In this document: one piece after another, positions 47,581 through 57,461 of the stretch
Layout of the letters: every line of letters starts with the position of its first letter
How positions within the stretch are numbered: the stretch's first letter is position 1
Origin: a virus
Taxonomy: Duplodnaviria; Caudoviricetes
Reading direction: 5' to 3' (one strand)
Length of the DNA stretch: 64,000 nucleotides
IMG/VR virus record: IMGVR_UViG_3300008954_000048
Coordinates: 1,662-65,661 of that record
Notes under the pieces: generated by a model
The model's input: the letters and a program-made list of their open reading frames with translations, nothing else
What the model was told of the DNA's origin: nothing
Databases searched by the model: none
Translations under genes and position numbers: made by a program

Positions 47581-47931
47581 CTAGTTTAACCAGCCACCGC
47601 CATTGCCACCGTTGCCATCGTCGTCATCATCGTCATTACCATCCCAAGAGTTAAGGCCCCATTTTGCAAATGGGTCTTGGGAAAAATGACCAACTACACT
47701 TTGTAAGCTCTCATATATCGTAGCCATATCTGTAGCTAGCGCATTATTGGCCTGGGCAATATATTGAACTATTAATTGTGTCTCCTGTAGCCGGCTCTCA
47801 AGCTCTAAGACAACCTTATTTAGTTCTGTAACTGATTTTTCTAAGGTCTCAATTTTCTTAGCTTGAGCCTTTATCGTGCGGGTGCCACCCTTACTATCTG
47901 TAGAGTCACCAAATAATCCAAAAAATGCCAT
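47581..47931 (-). CDS. Coiled-coil hypothetical protein
   Basis: Heptad repeat, D/G-rich tail. Confidence 0.55.
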   Translation of the reverse strand: MAFFGLFGDSTDSKGGTRTIKAQAKKIETLEKSVTELNKVVLELESRLQETQLIVQYIAQANNALATDMATIYESLQSVVGHFSQDPFAKWGLNSWDGNDDDDDDGNGGNGGGWLN

Positions 47932-47934
47932 CTG

Positions 47935-48228
47935 CTAATCCTCCTGGCCCTTGAGCGGATTCTCTCCCTCTATTGCTCTAAAAATTGACTCAGCATCTGT
48001 CTCAGAAAATCCCTCAATAGTCTTGGTTCGCTTACACTCAGCTAATGTCTCAAGTAGGTCTACCATATAGGGTTGAGCCTCTACTATTTGCCTTGCTGTA
48101 GCTTCGAATATTTCCTGCATTGAAAGATGATGCTTAAATGCCACCATCCGAAGTGCTGCATGGGTTTCTCTAGTTAAATTTATATGTACAGATTTACGAG
48201 TCTCAAAATCTACATAAGAACTAGGCAT
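47935..48228 (-). CDS. Ribbon-helix-helix-like DNA-binding protein
   Basis: KSVHINLTRETHAALR..A....LSMQEI. Confidence 0.55.
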   Translation of the reverse strand: MPSSYVDFETRKSVHINLTRETHAALRMVAFKHHLSMQEIFEATARQIVEAQPYMVDLLETLAECKRTKTIEGFSETDAESIFRAIEGENPLKGQED

Positions 48229-48905
48229 TATGCGCCACCATCAGCTGCCATTGACCCTATCGCCTGAGGGGCTGGGGGTGTTGATTCATCATCTGCGGCG
48301 CGTTGTGTTGCACCAACATATTTGTCATACGTTGAATCCATCATCTCTTCAAAATATGTAGTAGTTTCTTGATCATATTTGTCAAGGAGGTAATCCTTTG
48401 CTTTATTTATAATCAGCGCTTCCATATCTAGTAAACTATCATAATTGTCAATAAGGCGACTAACGTCGCCAGCAAAACTAGCAATATCAATGTTGGTTGA
48501 CCCAACCCAATTGGGGGCGGCGGCGGCAGAAGCTTCTTCTTCAAATAACATATCTGCCAAAGGTCGTTTATGCCACTCAACTTCAATTTCGACATCAGGT
48601 GCCACCCGCAGTGTATTATCTGCTGCAACTGTTGCTGATTTCATTGCCTTCGTTTCAAAGTCAATAAGATAAGCTAAGATCTGATCATCAGCAGATCTGC
48701 TTAGCGTAGCTTGTTCTTCTGGACTTACATAAATGTCATCTTCAGGCTCTTCCTCTTCTGCCGGTGCATCCTCACCTCCTTCATCAGCAGCTTCTTCGCC
48801 CTCTTCTTCGGTTGCTTCTTCGCCCTCTTCTTCAGGCTCGGCCTCAAGAAGTAGATCAAACTCTTCTAAAATCAGCTTTTTCAAATGTTTTTTTGTCAAG
48901 CGCAT
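48228..48905 (-). CDS. Acidic putative scaffold/internal head protein (tagged)
   Basis: MRLTKKHLKKLILEEFDLLLE; Glu-rich linker; LADMLFEE. Confidence 0.65.
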   Translation of the reverse strand: MRLTKKHLKKLILEEFDLLLEAEPEEEGEEATEEEGEEAADEGGEDAPAEEEEPEDDIYVSPEEQATLSRSADDQILAYLIDFETKAMKSATVAADNTLRVAPDVEIEVEWHKRPLADMLFEEEASAAAAPNWVGSTNIDIASFAGDVSRLIDNYDSLLDMEALIINKAKDYLLDKYDQETTTYFEEMMDSTYDKYVGATQRAADDESTPPAPQAIGSMAADGGA

Positions 48906-48929
48906 TCTTAAACTCCTAAAACTAAATAT

Positions 48930-49475
48930 CTACCAGCGGTATCCTAAGGTAATTCCTGGATACGGAACAACGGCCTCGAGTCCAGAACCCAATTTCCACA
49001 CAGCCGCAATTGGAATATAGATTTCCCCATGAAGATGTTCTCCCCACACCTTACCTAGTCCTATAGAAGGGCCGCCGGCAAGATATGTATTTTCATAATC
49101 ATAGCAATCCTCATACCCATTCGGATAGTCTTCACCGGGAGGTGGGTTGGCATCGACCCATTCACATTCTTCGCCCTGGCTATACATTGCCCCAAGCCCA
49201 ATCGCGACATTTAAGTAGAAATTATCATCACCCTGGATTCTTTTTCCAAATTGTGTACCTGCAAAAACAGATCCACCATCTTCCTTATTCCAAGCCGGCA
49301 TTAAAGCTAACTGGCCAAACCAGCCATCCATTGCACCGCGATATGTTAAGCCCAGGCCTGTCGTTGCACCGGCTGTAAAACCTACAGTGCTATGAAGCTG
49401 TTTTTTCTGAGTACCTGCATGGGCGCTGGTTGTTAGGGCTAATAAAAATGCACAAGCAACAACTAGTCTTTTCAT
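48930..49475 (-). CDS. Outer-membrane beta-barrel protein
   Basis: Signal peptide, alternating beta strands, C-terminal beta-signal GITLGYRW. Confidence 0.7.
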   Translation of the reverse strand: MKRLVVACAFLLALTTSAHAGTQKKQLHSTVGFTAGATTGLGLTYRGAMDGWFGQLALMPAWNKEDGGSVFAGTQFGKRIQGDDNFYLNVAIGLGAMYSQGEECEWVDANPPPGEDYPNGYEDCYDYENTYLAGGPSIGLGKVWGEHLHGEIYIPIAAVWKLGSGLEAVVPYPGITLGYRW

Positions 49476-50203
49476 GAGCTCATCACCTTGGCAATTTTCT
49501 CGGCTTTCTTAACACGTTTTTCAATAACATCCCAATCAAGCTCTTTCATCATAGCCCTAATATAGGTTTTTCTATCATTAAGATAATCCCTATAGTAAGA
49601 TGTTTCAGAACAATCAAGAACAATTACAGGATATGATGATAGCGGTGCATTATTGGCCGCCAAGTCTACAACCACATTTACATAGCGGTTTAACCAAGAA
49701 TTATAGACTGTCATAGCCCAGCCGCTACGAGATGATAGTGCACATGCGATAAAATCTTTCTGCCAATCATCAAACGTTCCAAAATCTCTTTCAAGGCGCA
49801 TAAATGCCAGAGAATCCATTGCCAATCGACTTTGCATATCACTGATATTTTCAAAAAACATGCCGTGAAGAAATGCTGCATTTAGATTATATGACTCATC
49901 TACCTTAAGGTTTCGAAACTCAGAATGATTTGCATTAACATCCGACCTGTCCGTAGCATCCAGCTTGGCACTAACTTCATTTAGTGAAGCAATGTGGTGC
50001 TCCATTACTTCAAGGTGTGCTGTCTTATTCTTATTACTAAGAAGCTCTGTTTGAAGATTGAACTTCTTTCCTTGTGTGACGTAAGCTTCTTGAAGAACCT
50101 TTTTTGCCTCTTCGGCAGAGAGCTTATCCGGGGACATACCCAGGGACTCCCTAATGGTTCGAACTAGTTCCTCGCGTGTCAATGCAGATTTATTTGATGC
50201 CAT
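49472..50203 (-). CDS. Fe/Mn superoxide dismutase homolog, degenerate metal site, N-terminal tag
   Basis: LHGMFF, RDFGTFDDW..F, SGWA, VLDCSETSYYRDY (canonical DVWEHAYY); LTREELVRTIRESL. Confidence 0.75.
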   Translation of the reverse strand: MASNKSALTREELVRTIRESLGMSPDKLSAEEAKKVLQEAYVTQGKKFNLQTELLSNKNKTAHLEVMEHHIASLNEVSAKLDATDRSDVNANHSEFRNLKVDESYNLNAAFLHGMFFENISDMQSRLAMDSLAFMRLERDFGTFDDWQKDFIACALSSRSGWAMTVYNSWLNRYVNVVVDLAANNAPLSSYPVIVLDCSETSYYRDYLNDRKTYIRAMMKELDWDVIEKRVKKAEKIAKVMSS

Positions 50204-50204
50204 G

Positions 50205-50579
50205 TTATTTAACCTCATATTCCTTTTCGAACTCTTCCTGATCAACTATAAATATCTCATCATCTGCAGAATCCTGATTCTTAAGCTTATATCTATCAGG
50301 TGCCTGAGCTGCTAATGGATCACCGGTTGCAGGTGGTTCAACTCGTGGTTCTTCCGGAAGATTCAATGTAACCTCAAGATCACCAGACTCTGGGTCTTCC
50401 TCTACATTATCTACCGTATATTCATATTGTGTATCTTTATGACGTACTTTAAGATCCTTTCCGACGATCATATTTCCCCTATCGTCGACCATATCGGATT
50501 CATCCAAGACCTCTGTTAGTCTTTTTTTGTACTCATCTCTCATCATTCGGATAATATCACCCTCGGTTAACATACTCAT
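50205..50579 (-). CDS. Tagged hypothetical protein
   Basis: MLTEGDIIRMMRDEY..RLTE. Confidence 0.6.
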   Translation of the reverse strand: MSMLTEGDIIRMMRDEYKKRLTEVLDESDMVDDRGNMIVGKDLKVRHKDTQYEYTVDNVEEDPESGDLEVTLNLPEEPRVEPPATGDPLAAQAPDRYKLKNQDSADDEIFIVDQEEFEKEYEVK

Positions 50580-50580
50580 A

Positions 50581-52374
50581 TTAGTACCCCTTAATTCCTG
50601 CTGCGCGCATCCATCGATGTCTTACCAGTTCATCTGTAGACCAGTCCGTATTATGATCAGCCATTGGGTCTGAAAATTCATCTTGAGGAGGTGTATCTAG
50701 ATTTACTATACGTTCTGTCAACAATTGTGCATCGCGTTGTGAAAATCCTTCTTCAAAAATATCTTTGCCAACTGCTTTATTCATTGCTAGTCTAAATGCC
50801 CGACGTGATCTTGTAGCCTTACCACCCTCGCCGGCGATGTCAGGGAAACTCTTAAGAAGCCTGGCAAGCTTCAATTTATCAAATGGGATACTCCCCAGTG
50901 CCTGTTCTGCTTTGTCAGCCATTTCATCAGCAGCCTCAATATCTTCTGGGGAAAGTTCTGCATCTTCACCTGTTAGCTCTTCATCTTCTGTTTCTCCGCC
51001 GGTGGTGATGTCTGTTACAATTTCATCTTCCATAGCATCATTAATACCTTGGGCCACCTGTGTAAGAACAGCATTTTTGTCAACATCATCACCTAAATCG
51101 TCCGCGCCACTCATTTTAACCAAGTCTTCAAATCCAATTTCTTCATTTAATAAAGACATAAGGGAAAATGAATGCATGGATCGGCGTTGAAAAGATTCTT
51201 CAAAAACGACACCCTTGCCTGAAAGAACTTGCTTAAAGCCATCAACCTTGCCGAGGTTCTGTAGGATCTTTTGTGCAGATGCACCATCATCAGTAACATC
51301 AAGGACTGCCTTTGCAATATCTTTCCATTGTTTACCTGCTGCCTCAGCATCATCTAGATTAGCCTCATCGGCAAGATCTTCTAGAGCATCTTCCGGGGCA
51401 ACGTCACCGGCCTCGACTGCAGCATCAACAGCCTCGACTGCATCTGATCCATCTTTGACCCCTGCACCAGTTAGCTTCTTAAGAAAATCTGGATAGTTGT
51501 CTTCAATATACTGCATAAGATCAAAGTTTGGACGTTTTTGGGCTTCCCCTGGAGATGCTACTTTTCCGCCCTCCTCTTCAGCGGCGCCTGAAAGGTCATC
51601 CTCCATTCCGGCCATGGCTTCACCGGCTGCCTCGGCGCCTTTATCACCTTTGGCGTCGGCCTTCTTTACCTCAGCGACCATTCCTGCCAGTTCTTCAAGC
51701 GATAGTCCCAACATATCTTCAGTAAAAACTGATTTGTCGAGCTCTTTCCCCATTTTGCCCTTAAACCACCCCACAATTTTACCAAAAAGACCTTTTGACT
51801 CCTTTGATGGAACATATGAACGCTCGATACCTGTGCGTAGGGTTTTCTCATCAGGAAAATCCCCACGTTCATCTTCACCCATTGCCGCAAGATCTTTAAG
51901 CGATTTTTGTATTATTTCAGGTTTTTGCTCTTTTGCAAATGTTGTCTTCGATAACTGACCACCGAGAAGTGCAACAGAGTTAGCAAAAGAGTCTCTAGCT
52001 TTTTGAATCTGAGTCATGGCAGCAGAAGCGGTTTGTGCACGCTTCTTCATTGTTTTTGTATCACCCTTGATTGCTAGTTTTACCATTTCACCATTATCGG
52101 GCAGCTCAGCAACTAGTTCCTGGAAGTACTTTTTAACATTTTCCATTTTTGTGCCTGGCATGCTGCCAGCAAGGGCCTCTAAGCCTGCACGAGTTTGCTT
52201 CACCGCGGAGTCTAGTTTTTCTGCTTCATCTTCACTAACATCCTCAGTTAGCAAAAAACTCATAGAGCCATGACCTAATGACTCCTCAAGTGTAGTAAGA
52301 CGATTTAGCTTATTAGAAGCTTCAATCATCATGAAGATATTTCGAAAATCCTGTTTTGTTGGACGAGTTAGCAT
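50581..52374 (-). CDS. Large acidic helical putative internal head protein
   Basis: Multiple LLTE/LLNE sites; C-terminal RWMRAAGI. Confidence 0.7.
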   Translation of the reverse strand: MLTRPTKQDFRNIFMMIEASNKLNRLTTLEESLGHGSMSFLLTEDVSEDEAEKLDSAVKQTRAGLEALAGSMPGTKMENVKKYFQELVAELPDNGEMVKLAIKGDTKTMKKRAQTASAAMTQIQKARDSFANSVALLGGQLSKTTFAKEQKPEIIQKSLKDLAAMGEDERGDFPDEKTLRTGIERSYVPSKESKGLFGKIVGWFKGKMGKELDKSVFTEDMLGLSLEELAGMVAEVKKADAKGDKGAEAAGEAMAGMEDDLSGAAEEEGGKVASPGEAQKRPNFDLMQYIEDNYPDFLKKLTGAGVKDGSDAVEAVDAAVEAGDVAPEDALEDLADEANLDDAEAAGKQWKDIAKAVLDVTDDGASAQKILQNLGKVDGFKQVLSGKGVVFEESFQRRSMHSFSLMSLLNEEIGFEDLVKMSGADDLGDDVDKNAVLTQVAQGINDAMEDEIVTDITTGGETEDEELTGEDAELSPEDIEAADEMADKAEQALGSIPFDKLKLARLLKSFPDIAGEGGKATRSRRAFRLAMNKAVGKDIFEEGFSQRDAQLLTERIVNLDTPPQDEFSDPMADHNTDWSTDELVRHRWMRAAGIKGY

Positions 52375-52431
52375 ATTTTATTTCCTTCTACCGATCGTGA
52401 AATGCACGCTGTACTAATATTATGTATTGTG

Positions 52432-52863
52432 CTAGGGGGTAAACTTCCGTACAAGAAGGCCCGATTTCCTTAACACGTCCAACCCATCAGTTATCCGATA
52501 TTCCTCATCGTATATAACTTCGGCAACACCAGAATTAATGATAACTTTTGCACACATCTCACATGGAGACATTGTTACGTATATCTTCTTCTTCTGGGGA
52601 TTGTTGTAATCTAGTTTTATACATGCATTTATCTCAGCATGAATTAAGCCAGACTTTCCTGGCTCTAAAGAATCAACTTCATTTGAACCACCTTTATAGT
52701 TGCCATTATAACCCAGGGCTAAAACCTGGGTATTCTCTTCATTCACTACAATCGCACCTACTTGAGATCTTGGGTCAATAGAACGACGGGCAATAAGGTG
52801 TGCCATCTCCATCCAAATATCATCCCACCCTGGGCGACCTTTTCTAGCTTTCTGTGTTATCAT
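52432..52863 (-). CDS. dCMP deaminase
   Basis: RPGWDD, RS.D...QVGA, GYNG, HAEIN, PCEMC; start moved to ATG 52863. Confidence 0.9.
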   Translation of the reverse strand: MITQKARKGRPGWDDIWMEMAHLIARRSIDPRSQVGAIVVNEENTQVLALGYNGNYKGGSNEVDSLEPGKSGLIHAEINACIKLDYNNPQKKKIYVTMSPCEMCAKVIINSGVAEVIYDEEYRITDGLDVLRKSGLLVRKFTP

Positions 52864-53833
52864 CTCCGGGTCCAGCAAGGTGTTCCATAGTTTTGTTGTT
52901 TGGTCCTTCATCCAACTCTTCATTGATTTTTTCCTCTCCAGTGACTGCAACCACTTCAGCATTTAATTCTTCCTCCGAGGCTAATACCTCATCCTGTACA
53001 TCGAATAATTCTTCAATATTACAATCTCCAGGAAGATTAAAGCCAGCTGCTTTGCGGTGGCCACCACCACCATATTTCTTAGCAATCTCTGATACATCTA
53101 CATCATCATGAAATGCACGTAGGCTCACCTTGACATCATAATCATTATGGTCATAATACCAAATGATTGCAAAGTCACAATCTGGCGAAAGGCGAGCACC
53201 AATCTCCGACATCCAATGTGATGCATTCACAACCAGCACATCCCTTCCTTCAAAAACGCGCTTGGATGCTTTCTCACACACTTTCTTAACAACAGTCTTT
53301 GAATATGCTAGGACATATGAGCCCCTCTTTACAGCATCATCGAATACAGAGTCATCTTCAAATTTTTCAAATTCCTCAAACTCAAAGGGCACCATATCAA
53401 ATGCAGCAGAAAATTCCTTTGAGTAAGGGAGTTCCCACTTCCAAAGGTCTCTATCTTCAATGTAGTTAATGAACTTTGGGACGTCCTTACCTGGATGAAA
53501 GAAATCCCAAGCCAACCGAGCGCCGGAGTGGGTCATATCAAATTGGGCATTTGATATATCATGTAATTCTACCACAGCGGACTTATGATGATCAATAATG
53601 ATAAGATCCTTGGCATCCTTAATCATTTGCTTTGTTGTAGCATTATTATAAGAAAAATCCAGAATTGCTACAGTTTTACCAGTTACATCCGGGGGTTTTG
53701 TTCCATGTTTACATGCAAGGTATTCGGCTTTATTTCCTAATAACTTCCATGCAGAAAATGCAGCACCGAATCCGTCAGTACAATCTGCATGATAGATTAC
53801 CAAATCTATGCTGGACGGTTCTAGCAATGGCAT
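52844..53833 (-). CDS. DHH/DHHA1 phosphoesterase
   Basis: YHADCTDG, IDHH, DRDLW, GGGGHRKAAGF. Confidence 0.9.
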   Translation of the reverse strand: MPLLEPSSIDLVIYHADCTDGFGAAFSAWKLLGNKAEYLACKHGTKPPDVTGKTVAILDFSYNNATTKQMIKDAKDLIIIDHHKSAVVELHDISNAQFDMTHSGARLAWDFFHPGKDVPKFINYIEDRDLWKWELPYSKEFSAAFDMVPFEFEEFEKFEDDSVFDDAVKRGSYVLAYSKTVVKKVCEKASKRVFEGRDVLVVNASHWMSEIGARLSPDCDFAIIWYYDHNDYDVKVSLRAFHDDVDVSEIAKKYGGGGHRKAAGFNLPGDCNIEELFDVQDEVLASEEELNAEVVAVTGEEKINEELDEGPNNKTMEHLAGPGDDNTES

Positions 53834-53835
53834 GA

Positions 53836-54402
53836 CTAACTATCCTTTTCACGCTGGTTCATATAACTATGATGTTCCCAGCATCGTGGTTCATATAACT
53901 CTTTGCCACCAACTGCAATCTCTTCTAGGCCTTCGATTTTTCTATGTGTATAATAAGCATCATAACCGGTAACCGTACAGACTGCTGGACATACTTCAAT
54001 CTTGGTAGCCCATGGCATCATATCCCTAATTTCCTCAAAAACATTTCCTGAGGCTGACAGTTGTAAAGATGAGACTACTATCGTCTTGCCGAGTCTAAAT
54101 AGTTGCAGTAAAACTTCTGCAATCCCATTTATCATAAATGCTTCATCGACAGCAATAACATCAAACTCATCATACGTATCTTTCAAATAATTTAGAATAT
54201 CATTTCCATCCTGCACACCAACTGCAGGAAACCTGCCCCCAGAGTGTGTGCTTATCTCAACAGATGAATACCTATCATCCATTCTTGGCTTAAACGCAAC
54301 TACACGGCGGTTTTGATAATGGTATCTATCAACTACAGCAAGAAGCCTTGTCGTCTTTGATCCAAACATTGGACCAGTAAAAATAATAAACTCTGGATTC
54401 AC
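53836..54402 (-). CDS. tdk: Thymidine kinase
   Basis: GPMFGSKT, FKP.MDDRY, VDEAF, VGGKELYEPRCWEH. Confidence 0.92.
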   Translation of the reverse strand: MNPEFIIFTGPMFGSKTTRLLAVVDRYHYQNRRVVAFKPRMDDRYSSVEISTHSGGRFPAVGVQDGNDILNYLKDTYDEFDVIAVDEAFMINGIAEVLLQLFRLGKTIVVSSLQLSASGNVFEEIRDMMPWATKIEVCPAVCTVTGYDAYYTHRKIEGLEEIAVGGKELYEPRCWEHHSYMNQREKDS

Positions 54403-55415
54403 TATAACCCCCACCATTCCCATGTTTTTCTAAGCCCTTCATCAAGAGAAACCTTAGGTTCATATCCTAAAACCTCATAAGCCTTAGAAATATCTGCCAA
54501 GGTATGCTTTATGTCACCTGTTCGAGCAGATGCACATACTGTCTCTATATCCCTAAACTTCCCTCGAAACTTAGCAAGTACTTCATTATTTGAATATTTT
54601 TTTCCCGTTGCAATATTCAAAATTTCACCTGCTAGTTTACCGGCAGGAGCTTCTGCTGCAAGAATATTTGCCTCTATAACATCATCAATAAAGACCATGT
54701 CTCTCGTCTGAGTCCCATCCCCATCTGATCTTAGCGGCTCATCTGTTGTAACTTTATGACACCATGCTGAAATTGCTGTAGCATATGGAGAATCGCCAAG
54801 CTGACGAGGTCCATATACATTAAAATATCTAAGGCAAACTGCCTCCAGTCCATAGAGATCGGCAAAAAGCTTAATATAGTCTTCACAAATACGTTTTTGA
54901 AGAGCGTATGGCGACTTAGGCCTCAATGTAAAAGATTCACTAACTGGTAGCTTCCCTAGTTCACCCTCTACATCACCATATACTGCGGCCGATGACGAAA
55001 ATACAACTCGATCCACATTCCCAATAGCATAATAAAGTAAACCTACAGTCTTAAGAACATTTGTCTCTGTTGTCTCGACAGGACGCTCTACAGAATATTC
55101 AACTCGAGGATTTGCAGCAAGATGAAAAATTACATCATATGTACCTGCCTTAATTCTATCTAAAACATATTCATGTGCAAAATCAGCCTGAATCATTAAA
55201 AGATCTGGGGCATCATCATGTACTTTATGATTATAGAAATATAATAAATTTGCAGGAATTGTCCTAACGGCCAAGGGCTCTAAAAATACAAGGTTCCCAT
55301 TTGACATGTCATCGACGCCCTCGACAGACCACCCTTCTGCAATTAACCTATGTACCAAATTGCTACCAATAAACCCGCAGCAACCGGTAACTAATGCTTT
55401 TTTCTTTTTTGTCAT
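54402..55415 (-). CDS. NAD-dependent NDP-sugar epimerase/dehydratase (extended SDR)
   Basis: VTGCCGFIGS, SSSAAVYG, SPYALQK, LRYFNVYGPRQ, GTQTRD. Confidence 0.92.
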   Translation of the reverse strand: MTKKKKALVTGCCGFIGSNLVHRLIAEGWSVEGVDDMSNGNLVFLEPLAVRTIPANLLYFYNHKVHDDAPDLLMIQADFAHEYVLDRIKAGTYDVIFHLAANPRVEYSVERPVETTETNVLKTVGLLYYAIGNVDRVVFSSSAAVYGDVEGELGKLPVSESFTLRPKSPYALQKRICEDYIKLFADLYGLEAVCLRYFNVYGPRQLGDSPYATAISAWCHKVTTDEPLRSDGDGTQTRDMVFIDDVIEANILAAEAPAGKLAGEILNIATGKKYSNNEVLAKFRGKFRDIETVCASARTGDIKHTLADISKAYEVLGYEPKVSLDEGLRKTWEWWGL

Positions 55416-55425
55416 CTTCTACTCT

Positions 55426-56418
55426 CTAAAATTTGTGATATCCTACAAAGTCGGTTGATTTAAGCAGGGATCTTTTCTCATTTTTTAGGCCAAGTTTTCC
55501 GCATCGATGAGCAGCCAGTACCTTAACCCAGTCAGTCCAATATGAATCTTCTGTCCGAAGTAACGCAGGTGCTGATTTGATAATGTCTTGTAAGACGCTG
55601 GTATCTTCTGCATTCCGAATCTCTTCCTCTAACGCAAAGAGGAGAGTCGTCGGTGGCGTAGTTGTAACCGCAGGCATTGGTCCGATTTTTCTATGCAACT
55701 CTAATGCAGTCTTAATAGCATCTTTCTGCAACATCTTCTCCACCATTTCATAATGTCTTTCATATATGTGTAATGAATTACTCACGTGTGTATACGTGCC
55801 CACGTCAATGCCTAACTCAAAAGCCATTAGTTCTTGAAGCATTGTAAATGCTGGAATATCGTATGCAATTCCCAATATTAGATCTGAAGATCGCATATGT
55901 GCAACAAGGTGAAGCTTCTCATCCCTGATAAAGAATTGAAGCGACAACGTACAAGGTACATCTAGCTTAGCTTCCACAGAGTCCCAAGGCGAACGAATAT
56001 GCACTACTGCCCGGCGGGAATCAGGGTCATTTTTTAACTCATTTTTAATATAGTCCCATTGAGAAAATGAACCACCAGCAATGCGCGGGTGGGGTTTGAA
56101 AATTCTAGCACCATATGCAGAATTTGCAGTTTTACCATCGTCACTAATATTCCTCCAGAATGAAGAGTAATTTGCTATCCACTCCGTCTCATTATTTCCA
56201 GATAAATACCACAATAGCTCTGCAACGACATATGTCGTAGAGAAATTTCTCATAGGCACATAAGGTAACCGATCAAGCGGATTCGTTATAGTAAATTTGC
56301 ATGCTAGTTTCTCCTTAATCGCCATCCCTCGAGGTGCAGATTCATAATCCGGATCTTCATATACCTGCCTTGCTAAATCCAAATAGCATGATGTAAAATC
56401 TTCATATACGTTACTCAT
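55426..56418 (-). CDS. Thymidylate-synthase homolog, probable dCMP hydroxymethyltransferase
   Basis: AELLWY, SRRA, catalytic DVPC, MRSSDLILGIAYD (Asp at the ThyA Asn177 position), SLHIY. Confidence 0.75.
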   Translation of the reverse strand: MSNVYEDFTSCYLDLARQVYEDPDYESAPRGMAIKEKLACKFTITNPLDRLPYVPMRNFSTTYVVAELLWYLSGNNETEWIANYSSFWRNISDDGKTANSAYGARIFKPHPRIAGGSFSQWDYIKNELKNDPDSRRAVVHIRSPWDSVEAKLDVPCTLSLQFFIRDEKLHLVAHMRSSDLILGIAYDIPAFTMLQELMAFELGIDVGTYTHVSNSLHIYERHYEMVEKMLQKDAIKTALELHRKIGPMPAVTTTPPTTLLFALEEEIRNAEDTSVLQDIIKSAPALLRTEDSYWTDWVKVLAAHRCGKLGLKNEKRSLLKSTDFVGYHKF

Positions 56419-56426
56419 AAAACCCC

Positions 56427-57461
56427 CTAAGCCTGATGCTCAATAAATTCACAGACATGGTCGACTTTAAAGTCATGATATCTCAAAAGATTATCCCTCT
56501 GTTCTGCTACGATTTCTTCACGTTCAGTGGCGGTCATACCCTTTAGCTCGAGTACACGCTTGTTAACATCCCATCCTGAGTTAACTGACCAGTACTTGCC
56601 AAGTAAATCATCTTTTACAAACTCCGATGGTACTAACGCCGGCGTATTTGTAATAATATTCTCCAAATAACGAGGCGAAGCAAATCCCTGCCTTGCGTAT
56701 CTTGGCTTTGTAATATGAACAGTTGCAATAAAAGAATTCAGTCTCTCCATCGACTCTCTAAACCCTAGCCGAGGAGCAAACGACACAAACGGATGAAGTG
56801 TAACCAAAAGCTCAGGTTGTACTCTTTCTGGGGAGCGTTGTAACCAATTTCCATGTACCGTTGTTTGCACCCCATTTTCTCGAAGTAACTTGCTTGCTTG
56901 TGAGTAGTACTTCATAAACATTTCATCTCGTTCGTAATTGTTTCCAATATACCCAAGCTCTAATGGCTGCTCTGCAGCAGAAAATAGTGGCTTGAAGTCA
57001 GACCAAAATGTCAATCTCTCACGACGTAAAAACTCATTCTTAGGATTAAATGTAGGGTCAGCAACAATCATCTCTGGCCAGGTTTTTTCATCTTCTGGGG
57101 TCATTTTAAGATCTGTATCCCATGCAATCACTGGTGTATTACCACAGTAGTGGTTTAGCAGCTCTTTTTGCCTATCAAGATCTGGCTCAAATTTATCTGG
57201 GCCGGAGTTTTTATAAATTGGCCAGCGCCATTCAAGAAAAACAACATCAAGATCCGGTAATCCTTCTGAATACGTTAAGTTTTTATAAGGTACAGGTTCA
57301 CGACGTTGTTGCAATGCAAATACCTCATGCCCCCTACTAACCAATGTATCTACCAAAAGGCGGCGACCATATCGATGCCCATCAGGTGTGTTGGCAATAT
57401 TACATGAGTCAAAATCCTCACAAAATCCCCAATATGATAATCCAATTCTAGCCACGCTCAT
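56427..57461 (-). CDS. GT-B glycosyltransferase, candidate DNA glycosyltransferase
   Basis: N-terminal ARIGLSYWG, WDTD, GYIGNNYER, TTVHGNW, SPRYLE C-terminal GT motif; operon context. Confidence 0.65.
   Translation of the reverse strand: MSVARIGLSYWGFCEDFDSCNIANTPDGHRYGRRLLVDTLVSRGHEVFALQQRREPVPYKNLTYSEGLPDLDVVFLEWRWPIYKNSGPDKFEPDLDRQKELLNHYCGNTPVIAWDTDLKMTPEDEKTWPEMIVADPTFNPKNEFLRRERLTFWSDFKPLFSAAEQPLELGYIGNNYERDEMFMKYYSQASKLLRENGVQTTVHGNWLQRSPERVQPELLVTLHPFVSFAPRLGFRESMERLNSFIATVHITKPRYARQGFASPRYLENIITNTPALVPSEFVKDDLLGKYWSVNSGWDVNKRVLELKGMTATEREEIVAEQRDNLLRYHDFKVDHVCEFIEHQA

Noticed and set aside
55426-56418. Calling this gene ordinary thyA
   Set aside because: Asp replaces the dUMP-specifying Asn, and the gene sits between a glycosyltransferase and an epimerase.
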